From the IMG/VR virus record IMGVR_UViG_3300002920_000054: a DNA stretch of 64,000 nucleotides; one strand, 5' to 3'. The notes below the pieces were generated by a model. The model made no database searches. It was not told where the DNA came from and saw only the letters and a program-made list of their open reading frames with translations. The first letter of the stretch is position 1, and every line of letters begins with the position of its first letter. The translations under genes and the position numbers were made by a program. The stretch comes from a virus. Positions 46,621 through 56,448 of the stretch are shown piece by piece.

Positions 46621-49600
46621 ACAGCTAATTAACCCGCATAGTCATAGTGATTATTCACTTGATGGTGCGGCTACAGTTGCTCAAATTATTAAACGCAATA
46701 TAGAGCTTGGAGCTTCGTACGTTTGCATTACTGAGCACGGCAATATGAACTCGGCAATGGAGCTCTACAAAAATATTTATGATAAAAAAATCGTTGGTGA
46801 TGTAAATGCAAAGCCAATTCTAGGTATTGAAGCTTATATGGAAAATCCTTTTTTGGATTATTATATTGCAGCTTATAAAAAAGCTTATCAATTTGGACAA
46901 TTAAAGCTTAAAAGTAAAAGCCCTGATAAAATTGAACAAGAAATTATAAATAAAGCAAGGCATGTATCTTATACGCATTTAACAATTCACTTTAAAGATG
47001 AAGAGGCTTACTTATATTTTTGCAAACTTTCTCCAAAAATGTGGGATAGAGCTTTAAAAAAATATGATGAGTTAAAGCCGATTATTTTATTTGACGAGCT
47101 AAAACCAATTGCAAAGCATATCACTATAACATCCTCTTGCATGAAAGGTCCTGTACAACAATTTTTAATGCCTAGTCGTGATGGTATTATACAGCCTAAT
47201 CCTGATTTAGCTGAAAAAATGTATTGTATGCTTAGAGACCTAGTAGGTCCAGATGATTTTTTTGTAGAGATTTTTCCGCATAAAGTTACTCATGAATGGC
47301 AAAAACCGCAATTGGATAATGATACTAAAAGAATTATAAAAAATGGTTACTTTAAACAAAATGAATGTACTTGTCATTTTCCAGATGGAGATTTACAAAA
47401 ACCTTTAAATCAATTTGTCTTAGGATTAGCTAATAAATATAAAGATAAAGTGTTAATTTCTTTGGACAGCCACTTTGCTACTCCTAATCAAAAAGTAATA
47501 CAAGATGCAAAACTTGGTAACGGTTTAGAAGCATGGAAATTTTATGAGTCTTATCATATTTTTAGTTCTGATGAAGCGGCGGCTAGACTTAAAAGTACAT
47601 TAAATGTTAGTGATAGAGATATTGAAGAGTGGATTGATAATTCGTATTACTGGGCTGAAAAGTTTAAAGATTTTAAGTTAACTACTTCTAAAGAGAGATG
47701 GATTTTAAAAAATAGTGCAGATGAATTTTTTAGCCGTTTAAAAACTACCATTGAAAAGTATGGTCGAATGGATTGGAACAATCCTGAAATGGTAGAAAGA
47801 TTAAAATATGAAATTAAAGTTTTAGCTCATAATGGTAAAATCAACTTACTTTCGTACTTTGAAATAGTTGAGGATATTGCAAATTTTTGTAAAGCTAATG
47901 ATATTCTAATCAATGTGCGTGGTAGTGCGGCTGGATGTTTATTATTATACGTTATTGGTGTGAGTTCTATTAACCCTTTAAAACATGGACTGTCATTTGA
48001 AAGATTTTTAACTGAAGGTCGTATTAAGGCTAATACTCTACCCGATGTTGATATTGATGTGTCGGATAGAGATGCAGTCATTAAATACTTAGAAGAAAAA
48101 TATGGGGATAGGGTTTGCAGACTTTCAACTGATATACTTTTAAAATTAAAATCGGCTATTAAAGATGCAGAAAGAGCTTTCTTAGGATTTGTAAGACCTG
48201 AAACCGAAAAAATGTGTACAAAGTTACCTAATACGCCACAAGGTGTAGAAGATAGAAAATTTTTATTTGGTTATACAGATGATAACGGAGACCATCATGT
48301 AGGTATTTTTGAAACTTCTGTAGAATTACAAGAATACGCCAAAAGAAACCCTGAATTATGGCAAGTAATTACTGAGATGCTTGGTATTCAAAGGAATAAA
48401 TCCACTCATGCTTGCGGTTTAATTATTACAGATAAACCTGTATATGAATATATGCCTGTCATTAAAGTAAATAAAGACTGGGCTACAGGTTTTTCTCCTA
48501 AATCAGTAGAAATGGCAGGTGGAGTAAAATATGATATTCTAGGAGTAAATACTCTACGGGATATTCAAGAATGCTTAAAATCTATTAAAAAACGATTTGG
48601 TATTGCATTAGATGTTTGGAATTTACCGTATGATGAAAAAGTTTTTGAAGCATTTGGTCGAGGAGATACAGTGTCGGTATTCCAATTTGATACGGTAACA
48701 GTAAGACCATTTGTTACAGCAATTAAACCAAAAAGTATTGATGACTTGGCAGCTATTACAGCTCTATGCCGTCCCGGTACTTTAGATGCGCCATCAGATG
48801 AGCCTAATGTTACACTTGCACAAGCCTATATACACAGAGCTAAAGGTAAGCCTATTAAATATATTCATCCAGACTTAGAGCCAATTCTTAAAGAAACAAT
48901 GGGTATTCAATTATACCAAGAGCAGACGTTGAGGATTTATCGTGATATTGGCGGTTTTACATATGAAGAAGCAGAAACTGTACGTCGTGGTATTGGTAAG
49001 AAAGACGAAGCAATCCTTGCTGAATCAACTAAGAGATTAAAAGAGTCTTGTCTTAAAAAGGGTTGGACAGAAGAGCAAGTTAATCTTTTAATCGAACAAA
49101 TCATGGCATCTGCTCGTTATTCATTTAATAAGTCTCACGCAGTATCTTATGCTTATGTGTCATATATTTGTATGTGGCTTAAAATAAACTATCCATTAGA
49201 TTGGTGGCTTGCGATTTTGACTAATAGCTCTAAAGATGAAATTGCTAGTAAGTTTTGGCGTGAAGTGCAAGATTATGTTGTTTTGCCTGATATTAACAAT
49301 TCAGAAGCAAATTGGACTATTTTAGGTGATAAAATTATAGCACCAATTCCAATTATTATAGGAATTGGACCAAAAACTTACGAGTCTTTAATTGCAGGTA
49401 AACCATATAAGGATTTAAGAGCTTTTGTCGAATATCATTTTGGTCCTAATAATCAGTCAGCGGTAAATAGTGGGGCAGTAAGAAAACTTGTTACGGCTGG
49501 TGTAATGGATTCTTTATTTGATAAAAATTTGAATATCACAGAAAAGTTACAACTATTTGAAAAAATTAAAGCAGAAGTAAAAGATACGACTAAAGTTGAA

Positions 49601-50182
49601 GCAATCCCAGAAGAATTTTGTAATGTTACTTCTATTGGCCAGTATCTACTAAGAAAACAATTACTAAACATATACTCTGAGGATTTAAGACCATTAGTAC
49701 TACCTCAACGTGGTGGTAAAAGATTGCCTTCTAAGCGAAATCCAGATTATTACTTCTGGGTTACACAAGGTGGAGTGGTAGTTTTAGATGGTGTACAACT
49801 TGATTGGATAAGACAATGTATTCAGAATAAAGCTTTTTTAGAAATGACTGCAAAGTTAGAAGCTATTATGCCAAAAAATATAGAAATTACTGTTAATGGC
49901 GGTAAAAATTATATTGTTGGAGGGCTTGCTTATGTGTTAGATGAAAAACCACTACTTTATAGCGGTAAAACAAAACAAGCCACTAAATTAGTATTAGATA
50001 TTAACGGATATTTTACTGAAGAGATTATTTGGCCACAAAATGATAACCCAATCGCACCGCATGGTTTTAAAAATAAGATTTGTTTGGTTACTTATAAATT
50101 ACACAACGAAAAAATGTCCTTACTAACTATTACAACTGTGATTGACCCAACGCGTGTCAAAAATCCTTATTCATTAAATTAG
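46607..50182 (+). CDS. dnaE: DNA polymerase III alpha subunit (family C, DnaE-type)
   Basis: PHP motif HSHSDYSLDG, RGSAAG, PDVDID, KYDILG, FNKSHAVSY. Confidence 0.95.
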   Translation: MKKFKQLINPHSHSDYSLDGAATVAQIIKRNIELGASYVCITEHGNMNSAMELYKNIYDKKIVGDVNAKPILGIEAYMENPFLDYYIAAYKKAYQFGQLKLKSKSPDKIEQEIINKARHVSYTHLTIHFKDEEAYLYFCKLSPKMWDRALKKYDELKPIILFDELKPIAKHITITSSCMKGPVQQFLMPSRDGIIQPNPDLAEKMYCMLRDLVGPDDFFVEIFPHKVTHEWQKPQLDNDTKRIIKNGYFKQNECTCHFPDGDLQKPLNQFVLGLANKYKDKVLISLDSHFATPNQKVIQDAKLGNGLEAWKFYESYHIFSSDEAAARLKSTLNVSDRDIEEWIDNSYYWAEKFKDFKLTTSKERWILKNSADEFFSRLKTTIEKYGRMDWNNPEMVERLKYEIKVLAHNGKINLLSYFEIVEDIANFCKANDILINVRGSAAGCLLLYVIGVSSINPLKHGLSFERFLTEGRIKANTLPDVDIDVSDRDAVIKYLEEKYGDRVCRLSTDILLKLKSAIKDAERAFLGFVRPETEKMCTKLPNTPQGVEDRKFLFGYTDDNGDHHVGIFETSVELQEYAKRNPELWQVITEMLGIQRNKSTHACGLIITDKPVYEYMPVIKVNKDWATGFSPKSVEMAGGVKYDILGVNTLRDIQECLKSIKKRFGIALDVWNLPYDEKVFEAFGRGDTVSVFQFDTVTVRPFVTAIKPKSIDDLAAITALCRPGTLDAPSDEPNVTLAQAYIHRAKGKPIKYIHPDLEPILKETMGIQLYQEQTLRIYRDIGGFTYEEAETVRRGIGKKDEAILAESTKRLKESCLKKGWTEEQVNLLIEQIMASARYSFNKSHAVSYAYVSYICMWLKINYPLDWWLAILTNSSKDEIASKFWREVQDYVVLPDINNSEANWTILGDKIIAPIPIIIGIGPKTYESLIAGKPYKDLRAFVEYHFGPNNQSAVNSGAVRKLVTAGVMDSLFDKNLNITEKLQLFEKIKAEVKDTTKVEAIPEEFCNVTSIGQYLLRKQLLNIYSEDLRPLVLPQRGGKRLPSKRNPDYYFWVTQGGVVVLDGVQLDWIRQCIQNKAFLEMTAKLEAIMPKNIEITVNGGKNYIVGGLAYVLDEKPLLYSGKTKQATKLVLDINGYFTEEIIWPQNDNPIAPHGFKNKICLVTYKLHNEKMSLLTITTVIDPTRVKNPYSLN

Positions 50183-50212
50183 AATTATAGTATTATATTA
50201 CGAGGAGGATAT

Positions 50213-50977
50213 ATGAGATTAAAAGAAATACTAGGAAACTTGGCAAAAGCTAAAGACAACGCAAAAATAGACCCAGCAAGTGCAGACCCAAGAGTTGCAG
50301 CTGGTGTTGAAGCAATGGCTAGGAATGCTATAAATGAGATAGAACAATTAACACAAGAATATAAAAATGAAGTAATTAAGCACGTAGTTTTAGTTGCTTT
50401 AAATGGAGAAAAAAGTCAAGAATTTGCCGAGAAAGCAAAAGAACTTACTAATGCGTTAATCGTAGATTTTGAACAAGTAAAAAAAGATATTTCTAATAAT
50501 TTAAAAACAAGACAAGCAAGTCCGATTTTTAATAATACAACTTATTATTTATTATTAGATGAATTAAATAAAATAAAAGTAAAAAATCAAATTTTATCTA
50601 TACCAACACCTATATTAAATTTAAACGATGCAAATTATTATGAGCTACCTATTGAAGATGCTGTTAGTAAATTATTAGATAAAGCATACGCTGGTAGTTT
50701 ATCATCAGTTATTACTAGAAATACAATTGCTAATACTGCTTTAGAGCATGAATTTTGTAGTCAGTATTTACCTGTGTTGGTATATAATGTTAATCAACCA
50801 ATTGACACGCAATTTTTACCACAAGCAATTATTACACATCAGGTAGATAATGATTTTACTCTTAATGATGTTAAGAGTTTATTAGATAAGATAAAATCAG
50901 CGGTTGCTCCTGCGAAAAAATCTAAAAAGAAAGCAGATAATGAAGTGGAAGATAATAATATAAACCAATTAAAATAA
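50213..50977 (+). CDS. Hypothetical protein (254 aa), possibly a degenerate P-loop fold
   Basis: ORF track; GAGGAGG RBS; VVLVALNGEKSQEFA weakly resembles a P-loop. Confidence 0.65.
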   Translation: MRLKEILGNLAKAKDNAKIDPASADPRVAAGVEAMARNAINEIEQLTQEYKNEVIKHVVLVALNGEKSQEFAEKAKELTNALIVDFEQVKKDISNNLKTRQASPIFNNTTYYLLLDELNKIKVKNQILSIPTPILNLNDANYYELPIEDAVSKLLDKAYAGSLSSVITRNTIANTALEHEFCSQYLPVLVYNVNQPIDTQFLPQAIITHQVDNDFTLNDVKSLLDKIKSAVAPAKKSKKKADNEVEDNNINQLK

Positions 50978-51002
50978 TAAAAGAGGAAAATAAAATATGA
51001 AT

Positions 51003-51217
51003 ATTATTTAGAAGCAATAAAGGTAAATTGATTAATGCAGATTTAAATGCTTCTTATCAAATAATAAGAAAAGTATTTCCTGAAGCGTTTGCAGAGGGAA
51101 TAGAGGGTGTCGGGTTACACCCAATCAGAGTAAACATAGCTTGAAATATGTTAACTGATGAATCATTTTATTAAAATTTATAATGATTTTTATGAATTTT
51201 AATAAAATGGATAACCT
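51003..51217 (+). mobile_element. 215-bp orphan copy of the IS607 right end (tnpB 3' end plus omegaRNA region)
   Basis: Identical to 63132-63346 except ttaactg vs ttgactg; includes the 15-bp inverted repeat cattttattaaaatt/aattttaataaaatg. Confidence 0.9.
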
Positions 51218-51236
51218 AATAAAGGAGGTAAGTAAT

Positions 51237-52361
51237 ATGAATACAAGCACAAATAATGATATTATCAACGTATTAGAAGATGAAGACCTATCATTTTTAG
51301 GTGATAGGAAAAATACCACTAATACAGCCACAAATCACGGCAAGTTTTTTTACCTAAAAAGCGAACCAAATGTTAAGGTGGATAATATCTATAGAGTACT
51401 TCCACCAATGCATAGTTGCAAAGATACAGGTAAATATGCTGTTTATCATAGATTTCATGATAAGTTAAAAGGTTCGCCCACAGAATATCAACCAAAAGGT
51501 GCATATTTTCCGTTTCAATGTTTAGAAGAAAAACAAAATAAAGTGGTAACTAAAAGATGTCCTGTATGTGATAAATTTGAGGAAATGAATGCAAAATACA
51601 AAACTCTTGCTGAAAAAGGAGCATCAAAAGACCAACTAAACGAGTTCTATTTAAGATTTGTATATCCTTTAATGCCAGCTAAAAGATACTTTTTAAATGT
51701 AGTTAATTTAGAAGGTCAGATTGGCGTGCTTGATATTTCTTACACTATGTATTGCAGTTTAAGAGCTAAAATTGACGAATATGAAAGTAAAGGTATAGAT
51801 TTAACTGGAATGACCGCGCCTTATTTAAACTTCACTGTAATGAAAAAATATAAAGGAGATAGAGATGCAGTACATCAAGTGGAAGTTTATATGCAACCTC
51901 AAGATGACGGTTCATTTAGGCGTGTAATGCATACTATTGATAAGGAATTTATTAAAAGGTTAAAAGTAGAAAGTAGAGATTTACAAAAGCTATTTAGAAC
52001 AATTATTCCAGAAGATGCCGCTAGAATTGCCGCAGCTGACGAAACAACTCGTGCATCTGTAATTGATAGTTTAATAGCTAAAGAAAGAGAACAAAAGAAA
52101 AATAATACTACTAAAAGTGAACCTGTATCAGTATCTACTAATGGTGTAGCTACAGACATTGTATTAGAGCAATCACAGCAAAATGTCGGAATATCACTCA
52201 ATAGTACTAGTGGATTAGCACAAGTAGTTGTACCAGAACAAACTAAGGTAGAAAAAATCAAAACACAGGTTGTTACAACACAATCTAGCTCAACAGTTGA
52301 GGTGCCAAAAATTGACTTGGCATCATTATCAGATGAAGAATTTTTAAAAATGTTTAAATAA
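51237..52361 (+). CDS. ssb: Single-stranded DNA-binding protein, T4 gp32-like
   Basis: YRVLPP, CLEE...CPVC Zn site, RYFLNVV, acidic C-terminus LSDEEFLKMFK. ATG 51237 with AGGAGG RBS; the track start at 51183 lies inside the IS fragment. Confidence 0.75.
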   Translation: MNTSTNNDIINVLEDEDLSFLGDRKNTTNTATNHGKFFYLKSEPNVKVDNIYRVLPPMHSCKDTGKYAVYHRFHDKLKGSPTEYQPKGAYFPFQCLEEKQNKVVTKRCPVCDKFEEMNAKYKTLAEKGASKDQLNEFYLRFVYPLMPAKRYFLNVVNLEGQIGVLDISYTMYCSLRAKIDEYESKGIDLTGMTAPYLNFTVMKKYKGDRDAVHQVEVYMQPQDDGSFRRVMHTIDKEFIKRLKVESRDLQKLFRTIIPEDAARIAAADETTRASVIDSLIAKEREQKKNNTTKSEPVSVSTNGVATDIVLEQSQQNVGISLNSTSGLAQVVVPEQTKVEKIKTQVVTTQSSSTVEVPKIDLASLSDEEFLKMFK

Positions 52362-52364
52362 AGC

Positions 52365-52943
52365 TTGGGAAGCGTTATGTCCTTAGAACAAGATACATTG
52401 CTTAGTGTTCCTAGAGGTCGCCCTAACTTACCTCCTATAGTCATGGATATGACGTTGCCCTATGAAGCAGAGCGTAGATTGTCAGATTTACGCTCTGTTT
52501 CACCTACTAATGCGCCTGAACTAATGGCTGTTTTTAATGAGGCAACTAATTTGATTGGTAAGTACTTAGCTTGGGTTGAGTATGAGTACTTACAAGCTCA
52601 AAAAACTTACGAACTTGCTAGAGCGGAAGTTATTTTAGATAAAGCTCCAGAGGCTTTTAAAAAGCAAAAAGATAGCGGCATTAAATTCAATGAGGATTTT
52701 AGAGAGGCATTGGTGGCAAAAGATGAAGAGTGCTCTAGGGCGTTAGATACTCTAAATACTATTAAAGCAGTTAAAGTATTACTAGAGTCTAAGTTTAGAA
52801 CTTTTGAACGTTCTTATTATGCCGCAAGAGCAATTGCTGAGAAAAAAAGTTTAGTTGCTGCAAGCCCCAATTTTAGTGGCATTATTGGACAAACATACGA
52901 AGAGCCGCAAGATAATTTTATGGGCGAACGATTAAGAAAATAG
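52365..52943 (+). CDS. UvsY-like recombination mediator (putative)
   Basis: Helical protein between SSB and RecA; REALVAKDEEC...LLESKFRTFERSY pattern; start may be ATG 52377. Confidence 0.45.
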   Translation: MGSVMSLEQDTLLSVPRGRPNLPPIVMDMTLPYEAERRLSDLRSVSPTNAPELMAVFNEATNLIGKYLAWVEYEYLQAQKTYELARAEVILDKAPEAFKKQKDSGIKFNEDFREALVAKDEECSRALDTLNTIKAVKVLLESKFRTFERSYYAARAIAEKKSLVAASPNFSGIIGQTYEEPQDNFMGERLRK

Positions 52944-52970
52944 TATAATTATATTGGTAGGAGGTTAGGT

Positions 52971-54059
52971 ATGTCATTAAATCAAAATGCTAAAAAAATA
53001 CTAGCTAAACTTCGAAATGCTGAAGGTGTGGTTAATTTTGAATATAATCCTTTAGAGCATTGTTTGCGAACCCCATCGCCATCGGTAAATTGGGCATTTG
53101 CTAATGTAGGTTTTGGTTTGCCATTTGGTTATGGTATGCTTCTTTATGGGCCACCAAAAGGTGGTAAATCAATTATTTGTAATGCTATTATTGGGCAGTT
53201 ACATAAAGATGACCCAGAAGCAGTAGCGGTTGTTTTTAATACTGAAATGAGAGGTGAATTGCAGACTAATGATGCGCATTTTAAAAAATGGGGTATAGAT
53301 AAAGAAAGGTTAATTGTACGAGATGTTAACCAACCAGAGTTAATTTTTGATTTTATAGAACACGACTTAAATGCAGCTTGCCAAGAGGGATTGCCCATTA
53401 AACTTATTATTATTGACTCATTATCTGGAATTGCAGGTAGGAGATTTTTAACTGCTTCATCTATTAACACACAACAAATAGGAGACCAAGCTGCAACTAT
53501 TAAAGATGGATTACTAAGAATACTGCCTGTAATTAGAAAAAATAAAATTGCATTTATTGGCACAGCTCATGTGAGAGCTGAAATGGACCAAAAAGAACAA
53601 ATGCGTGGTAAGACTATTAAGATGCAAGCAGCATGGGCTGCAAAACACATGTTTGAATACTTCTGCTATACAGAACCTAATAAGTCTAAGGAAGGTAGAG
53701 TATCTCTTGCTGGTGAAGAGTTTGTTGACCAAGAGATAGTGGATTTTATGGATAAAGCTCAAAAGACAGGTCATAAAATTCGCTTTAGAGTAGAAGAAAG
53801 TTCAGTTGGTGTATCTGGTAGAACTGCGGAGTTTACTTTAGATTACTCACGAGGTATTATTAACCAATACGAAGAGATTTTTACATTAGCAAAAAATTAT
53901 AACATTATTGAGCGACCAAATAATGTAACTTATACATTTAAAGATTATAAATGGAAAGGTTTAGTTAATTGTTTAGAAGCTATACGTGATAATCCAGAAT
54001 TGCAACAAGAGCTTCTTTCACTTATTAGACTTAAAGACGCAAATAACGGTCATATTTAA
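52971..54059 (+). CDS. recA: RecA/UvsX-like recombinase
   Basis: LYGPPKGGKS, FNTE, IIIDSLSG, QQIGDQA, FIGTAHVR. Confidence 0.88.
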   Translation: MSLNQNAKKILAKLRNAEGVVNFEYNPLEHCLRTPSPSVNWAFANVGFGLPFGYGMLLYGPPKGGKSIICNAIIGQLHKDDPEAVAVVFNTEMRGELQTNDAHFKKWGIDKERLIVRDVNQPELIFDFIEHDLNAACQEGLPIKLIIIDSLSGIAGRRFLTASSINTQQIGDQAATIKDGLLRILPVIRKNKIAFIGTAHVRAEMDQKEQMRGKTIKMQAAWAAKHMFEYFCYTEPNKSKEGRVSLAGEEFVDQEIVDFMDKAQKTGHKIRFRVEESSVGVSGRTAEFTLDYSRGIINQYEEIFTLAKNYNIIERPNNVTYTFKDYKWKGLVNCLEAIRDNPELQQELLSLIRLKDANNGHI

Positions 54060-54069
54060 TATAATTTAA

Positions 54070-55035
54070 ATGAACTTAGCTGATAGAATAAAAGAAATTA
54101 TTGCTGAGTGCGGTGTTTCTTTTGTTGAAAAACCAAGAACTATTTATACTACTTGCCCTTTATGTGGGCGTAGTGATAAATTTTCTATCTTAAAGGAAAA
54201 CGGAGCTTGTATTTGTTACAGGGCCTCATGTGAGTTTGGTAGGCGTTGGTTTGTGGATTGGATTATGTTAACTGCTAATGTAGATAGAGTCACTGCCAAA
54301 CTCATGCTTTATAATAACAATACTTCTAGTAAAGGTTTATACATTCAATTTGACGAAAAAAATAACCAAAAACAAGACGAATTAAAACCTATTACTTTCC
54401 CAGATTTATCAATGGTTTCCATAGATAGTCCAGAAGCTATAGATGGAGCTAACTACTTAAAATCACGAGGTATTCCAGTAGAAATTGCCGTGCATTATAG
54501 TATTTATTATTCACCTATCTTGCGCAGGGTGATTTTTCCTGTTATAATGGATGGTAAGGTGTATGGGTATCAGGCAAGACATATTGATAATGTTGATAGC
54601 GCACAAAAAGTGCGTAATAATGAAGGTTTTAGGAGAGATTCTTTAGTTATGTTTTATGACAGAATAGAACTTAATGGTCATGTGATTATTACTGAAGGTC
54701 CAATTGATGCCTTGAAATTTCATTTTGTTGGTGGCAATATTTGTACGATGGGTAAAGTAGTTACAGATAAACAAATTGACTTGATTTTAGAAAAAAATCC
54801 TGCTAAAATATATTTAGCATTAGATGAAGATGCGGATAAAGAAATGAATGAATTAAGATATAAGTTTTCTGGCAAAGAATTATATTGGATAAGATTGCCA
54901 AAAAGTGTTAAGGAACGTTGTGCGGGTGTAAACAAAAAAGCCGATTTTGGAGAATGTACGTTTTTGGAATGTTCTGAGGCTTTTAAAAATGCTATAAAAT
55001 TAGACCCTTTAAGTTTAATTTTTAGCATTAGTTAA
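54070..55035 (+). CDS. DNA primase (Zn finger plus TOPRIM)
   Basis: CPLCG...CYRASC, YLKSRGI, GYQAR, ITEGPIDAL, LALDEDA. Confidence 0.85.
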   Translation: MNLADRIKEIIAECGVSFVEKPRTIYTTCPLCGRSDKFSILKENGACICYRASCEFGRRWFVDWIMLTANVDRVTAKLMLYNNNTSSKGLYIQFDEKNNQKQDELKPITFPDLSMVSIDSPEAIDGANYLKSRGIPVEIAVHYSIYYSPILRRVIFPVIMDGKVYGYQARHIDNVDSAQKVRNNEGFRRDSLVMFYDRIELNGHVIITEGPIDALKFHFVGGNICTMGKVVTDKQIDLILEKNPAKIYLALDEDADKEMNELRYKFSGKELYWIRLPKSVKERCAGVNKKADFGECTFLECSEAFKNAIKLDPLSLIFSIS

Positions 55036-55052
55036 GAAAAATAGGAGGTAAT

Positions 55053-55889
55053 ATGCCAAAAAGAAAAAGATTTAGTAGTAAAGAAAATTGGGAAGCTGTT
55101 TATTTAAAATATTATACTACCAAAAAAGCGTTTAAAAAATTTACACAAGAAGAAATGAATGAAATACTACAGCGAGATTACGTCAAACGAATTACTAAAT
55201 ACGTTGCAAAGCAAATATGCAGTAAAAATAGGTATTTAGAAAAATATGGTTATGGTTATGAAGATTTAGTATCAATTGCACAAGTATATGCTATAAATTT
55301 CCATGCATTAAATCAAAAATTTAAAACTGACAAAGATTTACAATCTATAATGATTTCTTATTTATATCAAAGGTTTTTTGTGTTTTTAAGGCTATTACAA
55401 TCTAAATTAAGCTTACCGACCGTTACTACCAATGAAGAAAGCTTTGAAATGAACATTTATGATTTATTCACTAATGATTCAAAAACGCAAGCGAAAGAAG
55501 ATAAGGCATCATTTAATCAGTTAGAGCATGAAAGTCCTAATCCTATAGAAGAAGAAATTGATTTTTTATATAGTATTTTATTTAAAAAAATAGAACATCT
55601 ACAAAAAGAACATCCAGATAAAAAAATTGGTGAATTAACGGTTTCGGGTTGTAAAATTAAACCATTAAAAGAATTACTTAGAAAAATCAATATGTTAAAT
55701 GAAGAATTATATTCACATCAACAAAATAGAAAAGTTATTTTTACACAATTACGTTCTTTATTATTAGAAAATATTGAAGTATATGCTGATGAGTTAAAAT
55801 TCTATGCTGAGTCTAAATTCGTTGACGATAGCATTAGGAGATGTAGTAGGGCATTGTGTAGTAAATTTGGCATTGAATATAAAAAATAG
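55053..55889 (+). CDS. Hypothetical protein, possibly a divergent sigma-like factor (278 aa)
   Basis: KYVAKQI...GYGYEDLVSIAQVYAINF weakly resembles sigma region 2. Confidence 0.45.
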   Translation: MPKRKRFSSKENWEAVYLKYYTTKKAFKKFTQEEMNEILQRDYVKRITKYVAKQICSKNRYLEKYGYGYEDLVSIAQVYAINFHALNQKFKTDKDLQSIMISYLYQRFFVFLRLLQSKLSLPTVTTNEESFEMNIYDLFTNDSKTQAKEDKASFNQLEHESPNPIEEEIDFLYSILFKKIEHLQKEHPDKKIGELTVSGCKIKPLKELLRKINMLNEELYSHQQNRKVIFTQLRSLLLENIEVYADELKFYAESKFVDDSIRRCSRALCSKFGIEYKK

Positions 55890-55935
55890 TTAAAAAAATT
55901 CATAATTTTTATTGAAATTGTAGTATAACAAATGT

Positions 55936-56424
55936 ATGGAGAAAAAAACAGTTATTTTTATTTGCGCTACCTTTATAGTAGGGGTAGCTATTGGTCGTTT
56001 TACTTTACCTAAAAAAGTCATCACAAAAACTGAAACTCAAGTAGTTACTAAAGAAATAGTTAAATGGAAAACTAAAAAAAATACTCAAGTGGATAAAGAT
56101 AAAGAAATTGTAATTATTGAAACGAAATACCCAGATGGTACAATTAAAACCGAAAAACGAATAATTGATAAAGGTAAAATAACAATTCAGCTAGATAAAA
56201 ACAGCCAAACAACCACTAATACTAATATAGCCTCTAACACAACTTCAGTTAAAGAATATAATACAAATAATTTACTTATCTCAGGAATGGTAAGCCCAGA
56301 TATTAGAAATTCAACATTACGTTATGGTTTGTTAGTACAAAAAAGGTTTATTGGCCCATTTTTCGTTGGCGGATTTGGTGTGCTTAATTCTGGAGTGGGG
56401 TTAACTATTGGGGTTAGTTTTTAA
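55936..56424 (+). CDS. Envelope protein with an N-terminal TM/signal and C-terminal amphipathic beta-strands (u-spanin-like candidate)
   Basis: Hydrophobic VIFICATFIVGVAIG; ends YGLLVQKR..GPFFVGGFG...GVGLTIGVSF (OMP beta-signal-like). Confidence 0.55.
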   Translation: MEKKTVIFICATFIVGVAIGRFTLPKKVITKTETQVVTKEIVKWKTKKNTQVDKDKEIVIIETKYPDGTIKTEKRIIDKGKITIQLDKNSQTTTNTNIASNTTSVKEYNTNNLLISGMVSPDIRNSTLRYGLLVQKRFIGPFFVGGFGVLNSGVGLTIGVSF

Positions 56425-56448
56425 TTTACAAAAAATGGGGGGAGACAA

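Noticed and set aside
50997-51011. RBS plus ATG before the IS fragment as the start of a mini-TnpB peptide
   Set aside because: It reads ATG AAT ATT ATT TAG and is out of frame with the tnpB remnant.
51183-51236. N-terminal extension of SSB given in the ORF track
   Set aside because: The upstream start lies within the IS right-end copy; ATG 51237 has the AGGAGG RBS.
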